This document shows positions 62,411 through 64,000 of a DNA stretch of 64,000 bases, piece by piece. Location of the stretch: the NCBI RefSeq assembly GCF_009914755.1, contig NC_060931.1. One strand, given 5' to 3'. Position 1 is the first letter of the stretch, and every line of letters starts with the position of its first letter. The DNA is from the human T2T-CHM13v2.0 reference genome, Homo sapiens. Made by a program: the position numbers and the translations under genes. The notes under the pieces were generated by a model. That model was not told the origin of the DNA, ran no database searches, and saw only the letters and a program-made list of their open reading frames with translations.

Positions 62411-64000
62411 GGTCTAGTAATGGTAAAACTTCTTACTCTGGCTGGAAAGGTAAAATTTTTCAGATCCCCTATGCTTCAGCTCAAAAAGCAGAGCTTATAG
62501 CTGTAATTGAGGTATTGGCTGCTTTTACTATGCCTATTAATGTGATTTCTGATTCTTCATACGTGGTTCATTCCACACAATTAATTGAAAATGCTCAGTT
62601 ACGATTTCATACAGATGAACAACTGATGACTTTATTTACCCAATTGCAAATAGCAGTTAGGAGTAGAATGCACCCTTTTTATATCACTCACATTAGGGCT
62701 CATTCACCTCTTCCAGGACCTTTAACTGGAGGGAATCAAATGGCTGATCGCCTAGTTGCTACTGCAATATCTAATGCTAGACACTTTCACAATTTAACCC
62801 ATGTTAATGCCTCTGGTCTCGAACGCAGATACAGCATTACCTGGAAAGAAGCTAAAGCTATTACCGAGTGATGCCCAATTTGCCAAATGGTGCATTCCTC
62901 ATCTTTTACAGGAGGAGTTAATTCTCAAGGATTGGAACCTAATTCTCTTTAGCAAATGGATGTCACACATGTTCCCTCGTTTGGGAGTCTAGCTTATGTA
63001 CATGTATGTGTGGACACCTTTTCCCACTTTGGGCTACATGCCAATCAGGAGAGTCTTCTGCCTGTGTTGAATGTCACCTTTTGCAATGTTTTGAGGTGAT
63101 GGGCATTCCAGCCTCTATTAAAACAGATAATGCCCCAGGCTGTACTAGCCAAGCTCTAGCTACATTTTTCTCTATGTGGAATATTAAACACATTGCTGGT
63201 ATCCCATATAATTCTCAAGGACAAGCCATAGTAGAAAGAATGAATCTGTCCCTGAAACAGCAGTAGCAAAAACAAAGGGGGCGGGGGGAAACAGGGACTA
63301 TGGGACACTGCATATACAATTGAATCTAGCATTATTGACTTTAAATTTTTTGAGCCTGCCTAAGGGCCAGATGCTATCAGCAGCTGAACAGCATCTACAG
63401 AAACCAGCTGCAAAGACAGAAGCAGAACAACTGGTTTGGTGGAGAGATCTGATAACAAAAAGTTGGGAAATAGGTAAAATAATAACTTGGGGTAGAGATT
63501 ATGCTTGTGTTTCTCCAGGCCAGAACCAGCAGCTGATTTAGATACCATCAAGACACCTAAAACCTTATCATGAGCCAGATGCTGTGGAAGAGATTCTGGG
63601 AGAATCCTGAGGACCCCCCAGTTGCAGCCATGTCAAGACTGATGCTGAGGAGGACCCCAACTGTCACGAGCAACACCCATCGAACACAGCCACCTACTTG
63701 GGGAAAGATCAAGAAGCTGTCACAGATGGTGGAAGAAAACCTGAGGAAAGCGGGACAACCAGTCACAATGAGTAATTTAATGATAGCTATGAGAGCGGTG
63801 ATCACCATTGCTGTGAGTATTCCTTCAGCAAGCACTGACACAGAGAACAATTATACTTATTGGGCATATCTATCAATCTTGGCTGGCAATAATGCCTGGA
63901 TGTAATCACTCTATGACCCAGTTACACATGCTTTCTGATCTCAGTATTTGCCATAATGAATCTGCTCCTATAATTAAGGCATACCACCCTCAAAAACCTA
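62411..64000 (+). mobile_element. HERV-K(HML-3)/HERVK9 internal fragment: RNase H, defective integrase, start of env; continues past the window end
   Basis: RNase H: GSSNGK..SAQKAELIAV..VISDSSY..HIRAH..GNQMADRL. Integrase: Hxx[35 protein letters not shown], with TGA at 62869 and TAG stops. Betaretroviral env leader: PPTWGKIKKLSQ...NYTYWAYL. HML-3 assignment is from recalled nucleotide similarity. Confidence 0.9.
63570..63905 (+). CDS. Putative 111-aa HML-3 Env signal-peptide ORF (env truncated by TAA)
   Basis: First ATG after the env acceptor TGTGTTTCTCCAG|G (63518); contains PPTWGKIKKL, the hydrophobic NLMIAMRAVITIAVSIP segment and the SU start NYTYWAYL. Expression unknown. Confidence 0.4.
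   Translation: MSQMLWKRFWENPEDPPVAAMSRLMLRRTPTVTSNTHRTQPPTWGKIKKLSQMVEENLRKAGQPVTMSNLMIAMRAVITIAVSIPSASTDTENNYTYWAYLSILAGNNAWM

Noticed and set aside
62872-63541. Functional retroviral integrase
   Set aside because: Multiple stops (62869 TGA, ~62950 TAG, 63264 TAG) and frameshifts.

Overview
Primate (almost certainly human) genomic DNA from a ZNF91-family KRAB zinc-finger cluster. The centre holds a complete four-exon KRAB-C2H2 gene on the + strand (CDS 17528-43273, 569 aa), which I recognise as ZNF273, followed by a VN1R vomeronasal receptor pseudogene. The gene lies in the ~36.5 kb spacer of a large, old inverted segmental duplication: left arm ~3210-13700, right arm ~49950-62411. Each arm has a CpG island at its outer end, a (GT)n(GA)n microsatellite and remnants of a processed MTDH (metadherin) pseudogene. 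By eye, arm identity is a mosaic of roughly 80-90% with two ~98% tracts. At the outer end of the right arm, the CpG island is fused directly to the RNase H-integrase-env part of an HERV-K(HML-3)/HERVK9 provirus, with no LTR, gag, pro or RT. The fusion falls exactly at a splice-acceptor-like AG, and an intact env signal-peptide ORF follows. The rest is about 50 Alus, L1 fragments, solo LTRs (MER9, MER50, MER4A) and a MADE1 MITE. Repeat family names and identity estimates come from recall and manual comparison, not from searches.
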